Shown here in pieces: positions 28,400-37,752 of a DNA stretch of 64,000 bases. The stretch spans positions 64,001 through 128,000 of the forward strand of contig CAXGUD010000005.1 in assembly GCA_964012805.1 (NCBI GenBank), written 5' to 3'. The translations under genes were made by a program, and so were the position numbers. The stretch's first letter is position 1, and each line of letters begins with the position of its first letter. Below the pieces are notes generated by a model that made no database searches, was not told the origin of the DNA, and worked only from the letters and a program-made list of their open reading frames with translations. Source of the stretch: an uncultured Bacteriovoracaceae bacterium (GTDB lineage Bacteria; Bdellovibrionota; Bacteriovoracia; Bacteriovoracales; Bacteriovoracaceae).

Positions 28400-29518
28400 A
28401 TGAAAAAATTTCTTCTCCTTTCCCTAACACTGTCAATAATTTTTGGTTTAAAAGTCTATAAAAAGTACGAGAAAAACCCTGTAAATATAACTCCTTACCC
28501 TTTTCACATTGTTGAAGACTATAAAAAACAAATTCCAATTGTTGAAAGGGCCTCAGTTGTCATTGTAGGCGATCAAATGGGACATAACCTCAATACTTAT
28601 TTACCCTCTCTTATCAAAGATATCTCCAGCAATTTGGCAGAAGTCATTAAAGTCTTCAATTGGTCTCGAAAAAATGAGGGAATGCACCGCACACTTTCTA
28701 AAATAAAGTCCTTAAAAAACTTACCAGAAATAATTATCTATCATGGAGGAAGCGAAGAATTTTTTGAAAAGACATTCTTTATTAAAGACAAAGAAACAAT
28801 TCTGGCCAATTTTAAAAAACATTCTGATGAAAAAATTCTTTCCCTTATAATGGCCTTTCCAACTTTATCAAAGTTTATATATGAGCCAGTTACCACTATT
28901 GAGTTGGATCAGTGGAATAAAGACAATGATGAGCTCGAAGGACAGGACAAACTTTCAAAAATGGAAATGACCTATAAGTTTTTCAGGTATCAACTCTGGG
29001 ATATGGTTAATTACATAAAGGAAAAAAACTCGACACTGATTCTTCTTACAACTCCAATCAATTTAAAAATTCCTCCCAAAAAAGTATGTAAAGGTACCAC
29101 TAATGCACTTTTAAACCTTGAGCTGGACAAGATTGAGAAAGAGATAAAAAATGAAAAGTTTAATATCGCCTTTCAAAAATTAGAACTTTTAAAGAAGAAA
29201 GTTTTAGGAAATTCAAAGGTCTTATATTTCTCTGGTATTTCTACAGAAAAACTAGGCTTCCCAAAAACAGCAGAAAAAATACTACAAAAGTCTGCCGTTT
29301 TTGACTGCGGCACATGGAGAGGTAACAAAATTTTTAATAATATTATTAGGGAAGCTTCCACAAAGCATGATCTTTTTCTAATCGACTTTGACAAAATAGT
29401 AAACTCTCAATTTGGAAAGGGTCCGCTTTTTATAGGAGATACATACCCTCAAACTTTTTTTTACAAAAAAGTCCTAGAAGAAATAAAGCAAATTATTAAT
29501 CAAACATTGGAAATCTAA
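28400..29518 (+). CDS. Hypothetical membrane-anchored SGNH/GDSL-like protein with a TPR-like segment
   Basis: N-terminal TM, VVIVGDQ (block I-like), IIIYHGG, ILLTTP and LFIGDTYP (block V-like). Confidence 0.55.
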   Translation: MKKFLLLSLTLSIIFGLKVYKKYEKNPVNITPYPFHIVEDYKKQIPIVERASVVIVGDQMGHNLNTYLPSLIKDISSNLAEVIKVFNWSRKNEGMHRTLSKIKSLKNLPEIIIYHGGSEEFFEKTFFIKDKETILANFKKHSDEKILSLIMAFPTLSKFIYEPVTTIELDQWNKDNDELEGQDKLSKMEMTYKFFRYQLWDMVNYIKEKNSTLILLTTPINLKIPPKKVCKGTTNALLNLELDKIEKEIKNEKFNIAFQKLELLKKKVLGNSKVLYFSGISTEKLGFPKTAEKILQKSAVFDCGTWRGNKIFNNIIREASTKHDLFLIDFDKIVNSQFGKGPLFIGDTYPQTFFYKKVLEEIKQIINQTLEI

Positions 29519-29519
29519 T

Positions 29520-29966
29520 ATGGTCGAGAGAAAAAATATAAGCCTTAAAAAAGACTCTATAATTTTAGCGGAGGGAGATATTAACAGGGATCTTTTTTTA
29601 ATAAATAAAGGAAAAGTTCTAGCTTTTGTAACAAGAAGAACAGAGGTTACTCCTGTCGCCTATTTTGGGGTAGGAGACTTTATAGGGGAGCTTTCTTTTT
29701 TCGATAAAAACCCAAGAAGTGCCAATCTTGTTTGTCTCGAAGATACTGATTTCCAGGTTTACCCTTACGAAAAAAGTCTTAAACAGTTTCCCAAATGGAG
29801 TCTAACTCTAGCCGAATCAATTACCAAAAAAATCCGTCATTACGACAATATTCTAAAAAACAAAGGTATAAGAAGAAAAAATGAAGAAGTCTTAAAACCT
29901 CTAAGCATTGAAACTCAGAGGCACTACTTTAAACTTTTACAAGATTATAAGAATTCACAAGAATAA
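29520..29966 (+). CDS. Stand-alone cyclic nucleotide-binding domain protein
   Basis: ILAEGD..LFLINKGKV...GDFIGELSFF...PRSA; no HTH seen. Confidence 0.85.
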   Translation: MVERKNISLKKDSIILAEGDINRDLFLINKGKVLAFVTRRTEVTPVAYFGVGDFIGELSFFDKNPRSANLVCLEDTDFQVYPYEKSLKQFPKWSLTLAESITKKIRHYDNILKNKGIRRKNEEVLKPLSIETQRHYFKLLQDYKNSQE

Positions 29967-29997
29967 GAGTTTAGACGAATATCTTAGTCTAAACTCT
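29966..29997. terminator. Hairpin between convergent genes, probable bidirectional terminator
   Basis: AGAGTTTAGAC-N10-GTCTAAACTCT (11-bp stem). Confidence 0.55.
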
Positions 29998-30027
29998 CTT
30001 CCACATAGGCATCAAAAAATGTTTTTC

Positions 30028-31017
30028 TTAAATAAGGCCCATTTCTTTTACAGAGTCTCTTTCTTTTTTAAGTTCCTCATGAGTCGTATTAAACTTATCT
30101 TGCCCAAACTCTCCATGAGTAACACCTTCAACTACCTTTAAAATGCCATTTTCTGTCCGGCAAGGATAAGAAAAGATTAGACCTTCTTCAACACCGTATT
30201 GACCAGAGGATGGAATGCACATGGAGTAGGTCTCTCCTTCTGGAGTGTCGTGAGTTAGGTTATATATTCCTTGAACAATGGCATTTGCTGCAGAAGCAGC
30301 TGAGGAAGCTCCTCTTGCTTTAATAATGGCAGCCCCTCTTTTTTGAACAGTTGTTATAAAATCACCTTTTAGCCATTCATGATCGGTAATAACGTCAGGA
30401 GCAGGCTTACCGTCTATTTTTGCATTATAGAAGTCTGGGTACTGAGTTGCAGAATGGTTCCCCCAAATAGTCATATTTGATATGGAAGTTACATCTACTC
30501 CAGCTTTTTGTGCCAATTGAGTTCTAGCTCTTAATTCGTCTAGCATTGTCATAGCATAGAATCTTTCCTTAGAAAGCCCAGATGCTGCGTGCATTGCAAT
30601 CAAGCAATTCGTATTACAAGGGTTCCCCACAACAAAAACTTTACAGTCCTCAGCTCCATGATCTTTGATGGCCTTTCCTTGACCTGTAAAGATTCCCCCA
30701 TTTATTTTAAGAAGGTCGGCCCTCTCCATCCCATCTTTTCTAGGCACAGCACCCACTAAAATGGCCCAATTAACACCATTCATGGCCTCTTCCAACTTAT
30801 CCGTACAAACAATTTTTTTCAAAAGAGGAAAAGCACAATCATCTAGCTCCATTGCTACTCCTTGCAACGCAGAAAGCGCTTGAGGGAGCTCAAGAAGCTG
30901 GAGTTCAACCTCGGTATCAGGGCCAAACATTTGTCCTGAAGCAATTCTAAAAACAAGGGCGTACCCGATCTGTCCTGCTGCACCGGTTATTGCGACTTTA
31001 ACTCTTTGTTTTGTCAT
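30028..31017 (-). CDS. mdh: Malate dehydrogenase (type 2 / cytosolic-like)
   Basis: [41 protein letters not shown] and [20 protein letters not shown]. Confidence 0.97.
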   Translation of the reverse strand: MTKQRVKVAITGAAGQIGYALVFRIASGQMFGPDTEVELQLLELPQALSALQGVAMELDDCAFPLLKKIVCTDKLEEAMNGVNWAILVGAVPRKDGMERADLLKINGGIFTGQGKAIKDHGAEDCKVFVVGNPCNTNCLIAMHAASGLSKERFYAMTMLDELRARTQLAQKAGVDVTSISNMTIWGNHSATQYPDFYNAKIDGKPAPDVITDHEWLKGDFITTVQKRGAAIIKARGASSAASAANAIVQGIYNLTHDTPEGETYSMCIPSSGQYGVEEGLIFSYPCRTENGILKVVEGVTHGEFGQDKFNTTHEELKKERDSVKEMGLI

Positions 31018-31231
31018 AAGAACTCCTCTATGTTTTTAAATTCTAAGCAACAATTTCTATTATTTTTCACGATGGACTATAACTATTTGAATTCCTTTTG
31101 GGTAGTCTGACCGTGTTAGTCAATATGCTTACACACCCTATGAGAGACAATTCCATCGACAATACCTGAAAAGAAAGTTACTTATTTAGGCTTAAAGCAA
31201 AAAACTTACCATTGTTCCTAAAGGAAACTTT

Positions 31232-31858
31232 ATGAATCATTCAAAAGGTGGTCCTCAAAAAAGAAGTCCATCGAACCGACAAGGCCCTTCCTCATCTAGA
31301 AATAGAAACCAGAGGAAGCGTTATAATCAAAATAGATCTGAAAATGAAAGATCGGAAAAAAAGGGCGACTCCTATAAGAATCGAAGAGGACAAAAGCCCT
31401 ACTCCAAAGGTGGTAACTACCGCTCCCAGCAGTCCAGGCTATCGCCTTTGGATTCACTTATAAAAAGATATGGAAAACTACTTGACCTACACTTAGCTGC
31501 AAGAAAAAAGCATCATGACCTCTTCTACAAAGCTGACCCACAGCAAAAGGCAAAATTAGAAAAAAATTACTACTATACTTTAGACAATCTTAGAAAATTT
31601 GAGGAAGCCTTAAAGCCTGAGGACAAGGAGTTGTTTCACAAAAATTTTAAAGAGCTAAGCCCCGATCAAACGTACTCTGTGAATCGCAACTTACCATTGC
31701 AAGATGAACAACCTTCTCCAAGAGAACAAGAGGCTGAAGAACCTTCTCCAGTTGAAGATCCACATTTATTAATTAGCCAAACCCAAGAATCATTTACTCA
31801 CGATACTGAAGAAAGTGTTGGTTCAATGGAAGACTACAAGAGGCTAAAAGGTCTTTAA
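31232..31858 (+). CDS. Hypothetical protein with a low-complexity basic N-terminus
   Basis: RBS AAGGA; about 70-aa R/N/Q/S/G-rich N-terminus, a helical core and an acidic tail. Confidence 0.7.
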   Translation: MNHSKGGPQKRSPSNRQGPSSSRNRNQRKRYNQNRSENERSEKKGDSYKNRRGQKPYSKGGNYRSQQSRLSPLDSLIKRYGKLLDLHLAARKKHHDLFYKADPQQKAKLEKNYYYTLDNLRKFEEALKPEDKELFHKNFKELSPDQTYSVNRNLPLQDEQPSPREQEAEEPSPVEDPHLLISQTQESFTHDTEESVGSMEDYKRLKGL

Positions 31859-31952
31859 ACTTATCCTACAATTCATGTGTATATTAGGTCTTAAACCCTC
31901 ATTAAAAATGAAAAGTTCTTCTTGAGATACAAAATAGTAAAAAAAGAAGAGC

Positions 31953-32336
31953 TTAGTAGGCCCCCTTTTTGAGCTCGGGTTGACCCAGAAAAGAAGGCGT
32001 TGAAGTATTGATCTCTTTCACTTCCTCATGCTTCTCAGCTTGAGCGCTGCTTCTAACCTGTTCTGTTGAGACTTTTCTTATGTTTAGGTAATTTTCCAAG
32101 GTCTTTCCGTGATCATCAAGAATAGCTTTCTTTAAATCCTCTTTTGGCACACCTAAAACCTCTGATACCCTTCTTAACATCTTAAGGGGTATATTACATA
32201 AACCTCTTTCAACATTACTTATAAACTGACCATTTTTGTAGCCTAAAAGGTGAGAGAGCTCAGATTGAGAATAACCTTTTGGGTGAGCCAGTCTTTTTGC
32301 TTTTATTAACTTAGCTATACTTTTAAAACAGCGGAT
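31953..32336 (-). CDS. XRE-family (HTH_3) transcriptional regulator, 127 aa, apparently starting at ATC
   Basis: The frame of ORF-track ORF 31953..32180 stays open upstream: RCFKSIAKLIKAKRLAHPKGYSQSELSHLLGYKNGQFISNVERGLCNIPLKMLRRVSEVLGV is a complete XRE HTH. AAGGAG lies 6 nt before ATC 32336, and there is no ATG/GTG/TTG before the HTH up to the stop at 32364-32366. Confidence 0.85.
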   Translation of the reverse strand: MRCFKSIAKLIKAKRLAHPKGYSQSELSHLLGYKNGQFISNVERGLCNIPLKMLRRVSEVLGVPKEDLKKAILDDHGKTLENYLNIRKVSTEQVRSSAQAEKHEEVKEINTSTPSFLGQPELKKGAY

Positions 32337-32343
32337 AACCTTC

Positions 32344-32430
32344 TCCTTGTTAAAATAATCTATTCAGTGTCCCGACTAAAAAGCCTCTTCCATGGTTTAT
32401 GAGATCCTGCTTCTAAAGCACAACCCTTCC
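32344..32430 (-). promoter_or_regulatory. 5' leader with five GGA motifs (CsrA/RsmA-type binding sites)
   Basis: Minus-strand GGA at + coordinates 32428, 32405, 32389, 32370 and 32344 (the last overlaps the SD). At least one sits in a hairpin loop (TTTAGT-CGGGAC-ACTGAA). Confidence 0.5.
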
Positions 32431-32451
32431 TGAAAGTAGCTTACAATCGAT

Positions 32452-32478
32452 ACTTCGGCGTAAATCAAAAAAAGTTTA
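32452..32478 (-). promoter_or_regulatory. sigma28/FliA-like promoter for the XRE regulator
   Basis: TAAA-N15-GCCGAAGT on the minus strand. Confidence 0.6.
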
Positions 32479-32633
32479 AGCTAAAATTGATAATTGTTTG
32501 AAATTAGTTTTTGGAGCACTTGAGTTGATAACCATCAGTTTTTTAAGATGCTTTTAGCAAATAAAAATGTTTTCAAAACCGTTTGTAATCGAATAGAGTC
32601 CACTATCACTCAAAAAGTAAAAATGGTTAAATA

Positions 32634-33428
32634 ATGAAGTTAAAAAAATTAAAAATTGCGTCATGGAACGTTAATGGAATTAGGGCCTGTACAAAGAAAG
32701 GTTTCATCGAGTGGCTTAATAATGAATCACCTGATATCTGTTGTCTTCAGGAAACAAAAAGCCAAGAAAACCAAGTTCCAATAGAAATTAAAGAAAACCC
32801 TCATTATTATAATTTTTACTCAAGCGCAGAGAAAAAAGGCTATTCGGGTGTTGGACTTTTATGTTCGAAGGATCTTCCCGAGCCAAAAATAACTGAAGGA
32901 ATAGGCGATGAAAAATTTGATATAGAAGGAAGGACTCTCATTGCTGACTTTAATTCCTTTTTTCTCATAAATGGTTACTTTCCAAATGGTCAGAGAGATC
33001 ATAATCGTGTTCCGTTTAAATTAGAGTACAGCAGACTAGTTGAAAAAAAAGCCACTGAACTAAGAAAAAAGCATAAAAAACCAGTTATTATTTTAGGAGA
33101 CTTTAATACTGCTCATAAAGCTATCGATTTAAAAAACCCTAAAACCAACCTTAAAACAACAGGCTTTCTCCCAATTGAAAGAGACTGGATGGATGAATTT
33201 GTTAAAAAAGGATATATAGATATTTTTAGAGAGCTTCACCCTGATGAAGAAGGGCATTATACTTGGTGGACCTACCGCGGTGATTGCAGAGAAAGAAATA
33301 TTGGTTGGAGAATTGACTACTTTTTTATCACAGAGGAAGTTAGGCCATGGGTAAAAAACTGTTATCACCAACCTCTCACAATGGGCTCCGATCACTGCCC
33401 ACTCTTTTTAGAGCTCGAAATCCCATAG
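32634..33428 (+). CDS. xth: Exodeoxyribonuclease III
   Basis: SWNVNGIRA, LQETK, KKGYSGV, GDFNTAH, GWRIDYF and GSDHCP. Confidence 0.96.
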   Translation: MKLKKLKIASWNVNGIRACTKKGFIEWLNNESPDICCLQETKSQENQVPIEIKENPHYYNFYSSAEKKGYSGVGLLCSKDLPEPKITEGIGDEKFDIEGRTLIADFNSFFLINGYFPNGQRDHNRVPFKLEYSRLVEKKATELRKKHKKPVIILGDFNTAHKAIDLKNPKTNLKTTGFLPIERDWMDEFVKKGYIDIFRELHPDEEGHYTWWTYRGDCRERNIGWRIDYFFITEEVRPWVKNCYHQPLTMGSDHCPLFLELEIP

Positions 33429-33448
33429 GAAACTTAACACGGAGGTGT

Positions 33449-34798
33449 TTAATTTAAATGGCTATACCGAGAATGCCCTTTTAAAAAAGTCTCAACAACT
33501 AAATCTTTGTAATCATTCCTTGAAAGCCCCTTAGGAGAACATAACCTCTTCAGAAAAGAGTCTACATCTTCACCTTTTTTCTTGGGAGGAGATGGAACAA
33601 AAATAAAATTGGCCCATTTTCCCGCTTCAATATTTCCTGTATTTTCGCCAATTCCTAAAATATTGGCCGGTACAAGAGTTGAACGGTTCAAGCCTTTAAC
33701 GAAGGTCGCCCCCCAAACCTTTTTCTTTCTATTTTGTTTAACAAAAGAGTTAATGACATCAAACATTGAAAGAAATGGTCCTCCTCCAATATCAGAACCA
33801 AGGGCCCATTTAATCTTTGCCTTTTCGGCTTTTTCAAAATCAAAAAGACCCGAGCCAAGCCCCTTATCTTTAACTGGCGCATTAGAAGTTGGACAATGGG
33901 CAATTGCAGCTTTTGTTTTTGAAAGAATTTTCAACTCTTTCTCACTCAAATAAATTCCATGACCCATTATAGTTTTAGGCCCTAAGATTCCGCATTTTTG
34001 ATATATTTCTGTATAAGATTTTACTTTGTTAAATCCATCCATTTGACGGTACAAAGAAAGAACATATTCTATCTCTTGCTTCGTTTCTGATAGATGGGTT
34101 TGGATAAAGCAGCCATGCCTATTAGCAAAGAAAGCTCCTTTTTTCATGACATCAGGATGAGTTGTAGGTGCAAACCGAGGTGTAAGCGCATACTTACTTT
34201 TAAAAATTTTCGCCTTCTCCCTAATTAGGTCTAAAGCGTTCTCTTTAGACTGAGTTAAGTAATCCGGAGAATTCATTGTCATGATGACATTTCCTAGGAC
34301 AAAGTCTCCTTCAAAAAACTCAATACCATGGTCAACACTATGACCATGAAGAGAACCGTAACAGGCACCTCCTAAAGTCCCCACCTTTAATAGCTCTTTG
34401 GAAAAACCTTTTGCTTTTCTTAAACTAAAATATTTTGACTTAAATTTGGCTTCATAAGGCCAGGTATGTTTTGAAAGCCACTCGAGCAATGACTTTTTTG
34501 GCATGAGTCTTACTTCATCTTGAACCCAGTGAAAATGCAGATCAAAAAAGCTGGGCAAAAGAGTAAAGGATTTTCGATCAATTATTTCCAAGGACCGTTT
34601 ACTTCCATATTTTCTTAGAATATCCTTTTCTTGTCCCTTATCATGGAAGACGTAAGAGGGAGCCCCACTTAGGGACAATTTTTGTGTCCGCAACAAGACT
34701 ACAGCTCCACCGTCTATCCACTGACATTTGTCATCTTTAAGAGGATTGATTATTTGACAAAGAAAAATTTTAAATTTTGGAAAAAAAGACCTCTCCAA
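33449..34798 (-). CDS. guaD: Guanine deaminase (amidohydrolase)
   Basis: DLHFHWVQ, LLEWL, TPRFA, QTHLSE, HCPTSN...LGSG and LGSDIGGG. Start reassigned to TTG 34798 (GGAGG 6 nt upstream), which removes the overlap with nfeD. Confidence 0.87.
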   Translation of the reverse strand: MERSFFPKFKIFLCQIINPLKDDKCQWIDGGAVVLLRTQKLSLSGAPSYVFHDKGQEKDILRKYGSKRSLEIIDRKSFTLLPSFFDLHFHWVQDEVRLMPKKSLLEWLSKHTWPYEAKFKSKYFSLRKAKGFSKELLKVGTLGGACYGSLHGHSVDHGIEFFEGDFVLGNVIMTMNSPDYLTQSKENALDLIREKAKIFKSKYALTPRFAPTTHPDVMKKGAFFANRHGCFIQTHLSETKQEIEYVLSLYRQMDGFNKVKSYTEIYQKCGILGPKTIMGHGIYLSEKELKILSKTKAAIAHCPTSNAPVKDKGLGSGLFDFEKAEKAKIKWALGSDIGGGPFLSMFDVINSFVKQNRKKKVWGATFVKGLNRSTLVPANILGIGENTGNIEAGKWANFIFVPSPPKKKGEDVDSFLKRLCSPKGLSRNDYKDLVVETFLKGHSRYSHLN

Positions 34799-34829
34799 GA
34801 GTAACCTCCAAAGTCGAGCCAGGATTCCT

Positions 34830-36194
34830 ATGAAAACTTTATTTAATAATTTACCTAAGCATTTACTCTCAAGCTTTCTCTCTCTTTTTTTCTTCTTAAA
34901 CATAGTTTCAGCCCAAACGAACAATATACAAGAAAAAGAGTCCAAATTACAAGTTTGGAATGTAAAACAAATTCTTAAAATTGAGATAAACTCTTCAATC
35001 AACCCAGCGACCTTCAATTACCTTTCTATGGCCTATAAGAAGGTGAAGGAGGAAAACTACAACCTCCTTTTAATTAAAATGAATACTCCCGGGGGACTTG
35101 TTTCGACAACTCAGCAAATCCTAACATTGATAGGAAGTGACGAGGTCCCAGTTGTAATCTGGGTTGCTCCAGGTGGGGCGAGTGCAACAAGTGCAGGAGC
35201 CATAATATCTTCAGGTGCTCATGCTCTCTATATGGCAGAAGGAACAAGTATTGGAGCTGCAACTCCTATAGAAATGAGTGGGGATATTAAAGCAAAGGAT
35301 GCTAGGAAAAAGGCAATTAACTCATTAGTCTCTCTAGTTGAATCTCTTTCGGAAGCACGGGGAAGAAATAAAAAAATGTTCGCCAATATGGTTAAAGAAG
35401 CCTCTTCCTTCAATGCAGCTGACGCTAAAGAAAAAAATATTATTGACGGTATCGCAAATGGCATCTCGGATATTTACGATGACCTTGAAGGTAAGGAAAT
35501 AACTCTTAAAGGTAAGCGTTATACCATTCAAGTAAATAGCCCAACGGTAAAATTCTTTCAGATGGACCTGGGTCAAAAACTTCTCGATACCCTTGCTAAC
35601 CCTTCTATGGCCTATATCCTTTTCCTTATTGGAGCTGCTCTCATTTATCTTGAAATTCAGTCACCAGGAGGTCTCATTGCGGGTTCTATCGGGGCCTTCT
35701 GTTTACTTCTCGCAGGGATCGGTTTTCAGATACTCCCTCTCAATTTTGGAGCTTTAGGTCTTATCCTTCTCTCTTTCATGCTCTTTATTTTAGAAGCCTA
35801 TGTTCTTAGCTATGGGCTTTTGACACTAGCAGGACTTTTGGCCCTTACAGCAGGAAGTTTATTCCTTTATAGAACCGATGAAGCTTACCTTCAGATGAGT
35901 TACTCACTCATCTTTTCAGCAGTGGCCTCTATAGGTATTTTCGTTGGTATCTTGGGATATTACTTAGCTCGCGACTGGAAAAATCGGAAGACCGGAAGTG
36001 CCGACGACTACAATAGTCCTCTTGGCAAAAAAGGTTTTATAGTCGATATTATTGAGTCTGAAGAAGAAAATGTCTATCTTTATCAAGTAAAAGTAGGCGG
36101 TGAGTTTTGGAAGGCTCAATCTTCCAAGCGTTTTAATAAAGAAGATCAATGTGAAATAAAAAAACAAGATAAACTGCTACTGACTATTGAATAA
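34830..36194 (+). CDS. nfeD: NfeD long form (ClpP-like serine protease + membrane + OB domain)
   Basis: NTPGGL, ATSAGA, MAEGTSIGAATPI, several TM helices and C-terminal VKVGGEFWKA; adjacent to a slipin gene. Confidence 0.9.
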   Translation: MKTLFNNLPKHLLSSFLSLFFFLNIVSAQTNNIQEKESKLQVWNVKQILKIEINSSINPATFNYLSMAYKKVKEENYNLLLIKMNTPGGLVSTTQQILTLIGSDEVPVVIWVAPGGASATSAGAIISSGAHALYMAEGTSIGAATPIEMSGDIKAKDARKKAINSLVSLVESLSEARGRNKKMFANMVKEASSFNAADAKEKNIIDGIANGISDIYDDLEGKEITLKGKRYTIQVNSPTVKFFQMDLGQKLLDTLANPSMAYILFLIGAALIYLEIQSPGGLIAGSIGAFCLLLAGIGFQILPLNFGALGLILLSFMLFILEAYVLSYGLLTLAGLLALTAGSLFLYRTDEAYLQMSYSLIFSAVASIGIFVGILGYYLARDWKNRKTGSADDYNSPLGKKGFIVDIIESEEENVYLYQVKVGGEFWKAQSSKRFNKEDQCEIKKQDKLLLTIE

Positions 36195-36232
36195 ATTTTT
36201 GGTGGTAGAAAATTTTCAAGGAGAAAAAGGCT

Positions 36233-36982
36233 ATGGGTTTAGGTTTTATGGTTGGTTTCATTATCCTTATTATTTTGCTCTTCAACACGCTCAAAATTCT
36301 TAAAGAATATGAAAGAGCTGTGGTTTTTAGACTTGGTCGCTTTACCGGTATCAGAGGGCCTGGGCTTATTATCCTCATACCTGGAATTGAAACCATGACT
36401 AGAGTTGACCTCAGAACGGTTACCATGGATATTCCATCTCAAGATATCATCACAAGAGATAATGTTACTCTTAAGGTAAATGGTGTCGTATATTTCAGAG
36501 TTAATGATGCTGAAAAAGCAACCATAGCAGTAGAGGACTACCTGGTCGCTACGGGACAAATTTCTCAGACAACACTTCGGTCTGTGATCGGCCAATTTGA
36601 ACTAGATCAAATCCTCTCTCAGAGAGACCAGATTAACGTAAAGCTTCAAAATATATTGGATGAGCAGACAGAACCGTGGGGAGTTAAAGTTTCATCCGTT
36701 GAGGTCAAGGCAATTGACCTACCAATGGAAATGCAAAGTGCAATGGCAAAACAAGCTCAGGCAGAAAGGGATAAAAGGGCCAAAGTCATTTCAGCAGAAG
36801 GGGAACTTGATGCGTCCATTAAATTAGCTGAAGCTGCAGCAGTACTAGACAAGCAAAAAAATGCAATTATTTTAAGATATCTAGATACAATGAAAGAGAT
36901 ATCTAGTGGTGAAGGAAAAAGTACGACATTCTTTCCATTACCGGTCAACTTCTTAGAAAATATTATGGGTGATAAAAAGTAA
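36233..36982 (+). CDS. Slipin/stomatin (SPFH, band 7) family protein
   Basis: EYERAVVFRLGR, VDLRT, QTTLRSVIG, WGVKV and AKQAQAERDKRAKVI.AEGE. Confidence 0.93.
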   Translation: MGLGFMVGFIILIILLFNTLKILKEYERAVVFRLGRFTGIRGPGLIILIPGIETMTRVDLRTVTMDIPSQDIITRDNVTLKVNGVVYFRVNDAEKATIAVEDYLVATGQISQTTLRSVIGQFELDQILSQRDQINVKLQNILDEQTEPWGVKVSSVEVKAIDLPMEMQSAMAKQAQAERDKRAKVISAEGELDASIKLAEAAAVLDKQKNAIILRYLDTMKEISSGEGKSTTFFPLPVNFLENIMGDKK

Positions 36983-36990
36983 TTAGTTAT

Positions 36991-37035
36991 AGGACTTACA
37001 GTGATAAAAAAAGGTTTCTGTAAGTCCTTTTATTT
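36991..37035 (+). terminator. Rho-independent terminator after the slipin gene
   Basis: AGGACTTACAG-N16-CTGTAAGTCCT followed by TTTATTT. Confidence 0.6.
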
Positions 37036-37046
37036 CTCTTTCGTTT

Positions 37047-37700
37047 TTATTGATTACTTGAAGAAAATGTCTTTGCCCAAGGAATATCCACTGCAGATTT
37101 TTCTCCATTAGCTTTCTCAATCATTTTCCTCGCAACTTCGATAGACTCAATTGCTGCGTACTGCTTTAAAGATCCTCTTAGAAAGAAACCCAAAGGTTTC
37201 ATGAAAAACTCCCCCAACTTTTCTCCCAGCCGAGCTTCCTCTCTAGATCCTAAAAGCAATGAAGGCCTTACTATAGTCACATGAGCTGGGCCAAACTTTA
37301 TAATATCTTCCTCAATTCTTCCTTTCACTTTATTATAAAAGATGGAAGATTTTGAATTAGCTCCCATTGCAGAAACTAGAATAAAATGCTTACCGCCATG
37401 TTTATTTAAAAGTTTTGCAGCACGAAGAACATACTCGTAATCTACTTTTTCAAAGTTCTTCTTGGATTTTGCCTTCTTAATTGTTGTCCCTAAGCAACAA
37501 AAAAGATGATCAACACAAAAGTATTCGGCCCATTGATCCATATGGTTAAAGTCTATCTCTAACTGAAGTAACTTTTCATGTTCTAGTGATAACTTACCTC
37601 TAACAAGGCTTATCACCTCCTCATACCTATCATCTTTTAATAAAAGCTTAATGACATCTTTGCCAACTAAGCCAGTTCCACCTAAAACTAATGCTTTCAT
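37047..37700 (-). CDS. NAD(P)H-binding oxidoreductase (YraR/HTATIP2-like)
   Basis: LGGTGLVG, FCCLGTTIKKA, VSAMGA, YNKVKG and RPSLLLG.R. Confidence 0.88.
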   Translation of the reverse strand: MKALVLGGTGLVGKDVIKLLLKDDRYEEVISLVRGKLSLEHEKLLQLEIDFNHMDQWAEYFCVDHLFCCLGTTIKKAKSKKNFEKVDYEYVLRAAKLLNKHGGKHFILVSAMGANSKSSIFYNKVKGRIEEDIIKFGPAHVTIVRPSLLLGSREEARLGEKLGEFFMKPLGFFLRGSLKQYAAIESIEVARKMIEKANGEKSAVDIPWAKTFSSSNQ

Positions 37701-37713
37701 TCACTATAATCCT

Positions 37714-37752
37714 TTGTGCAGAATGAATTTTATCATAATTCATTCTGCACAA
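37714..37752. repeat. Perfect 16-bp inverted repeat in a divergent promoter region
   Basis: TTGTGCAGAATGAATT-TTATCAT-AATTCATTCTGCACAA. Confidence 0.85.

Noticed and set aside
34799..35017. 73-codon N-terminal extension of guaD overlapping nfeD
   Set aside because: It is the antisense shadow of nfeD; TTG 34798 with a GGAGG RBS is the plausible start.
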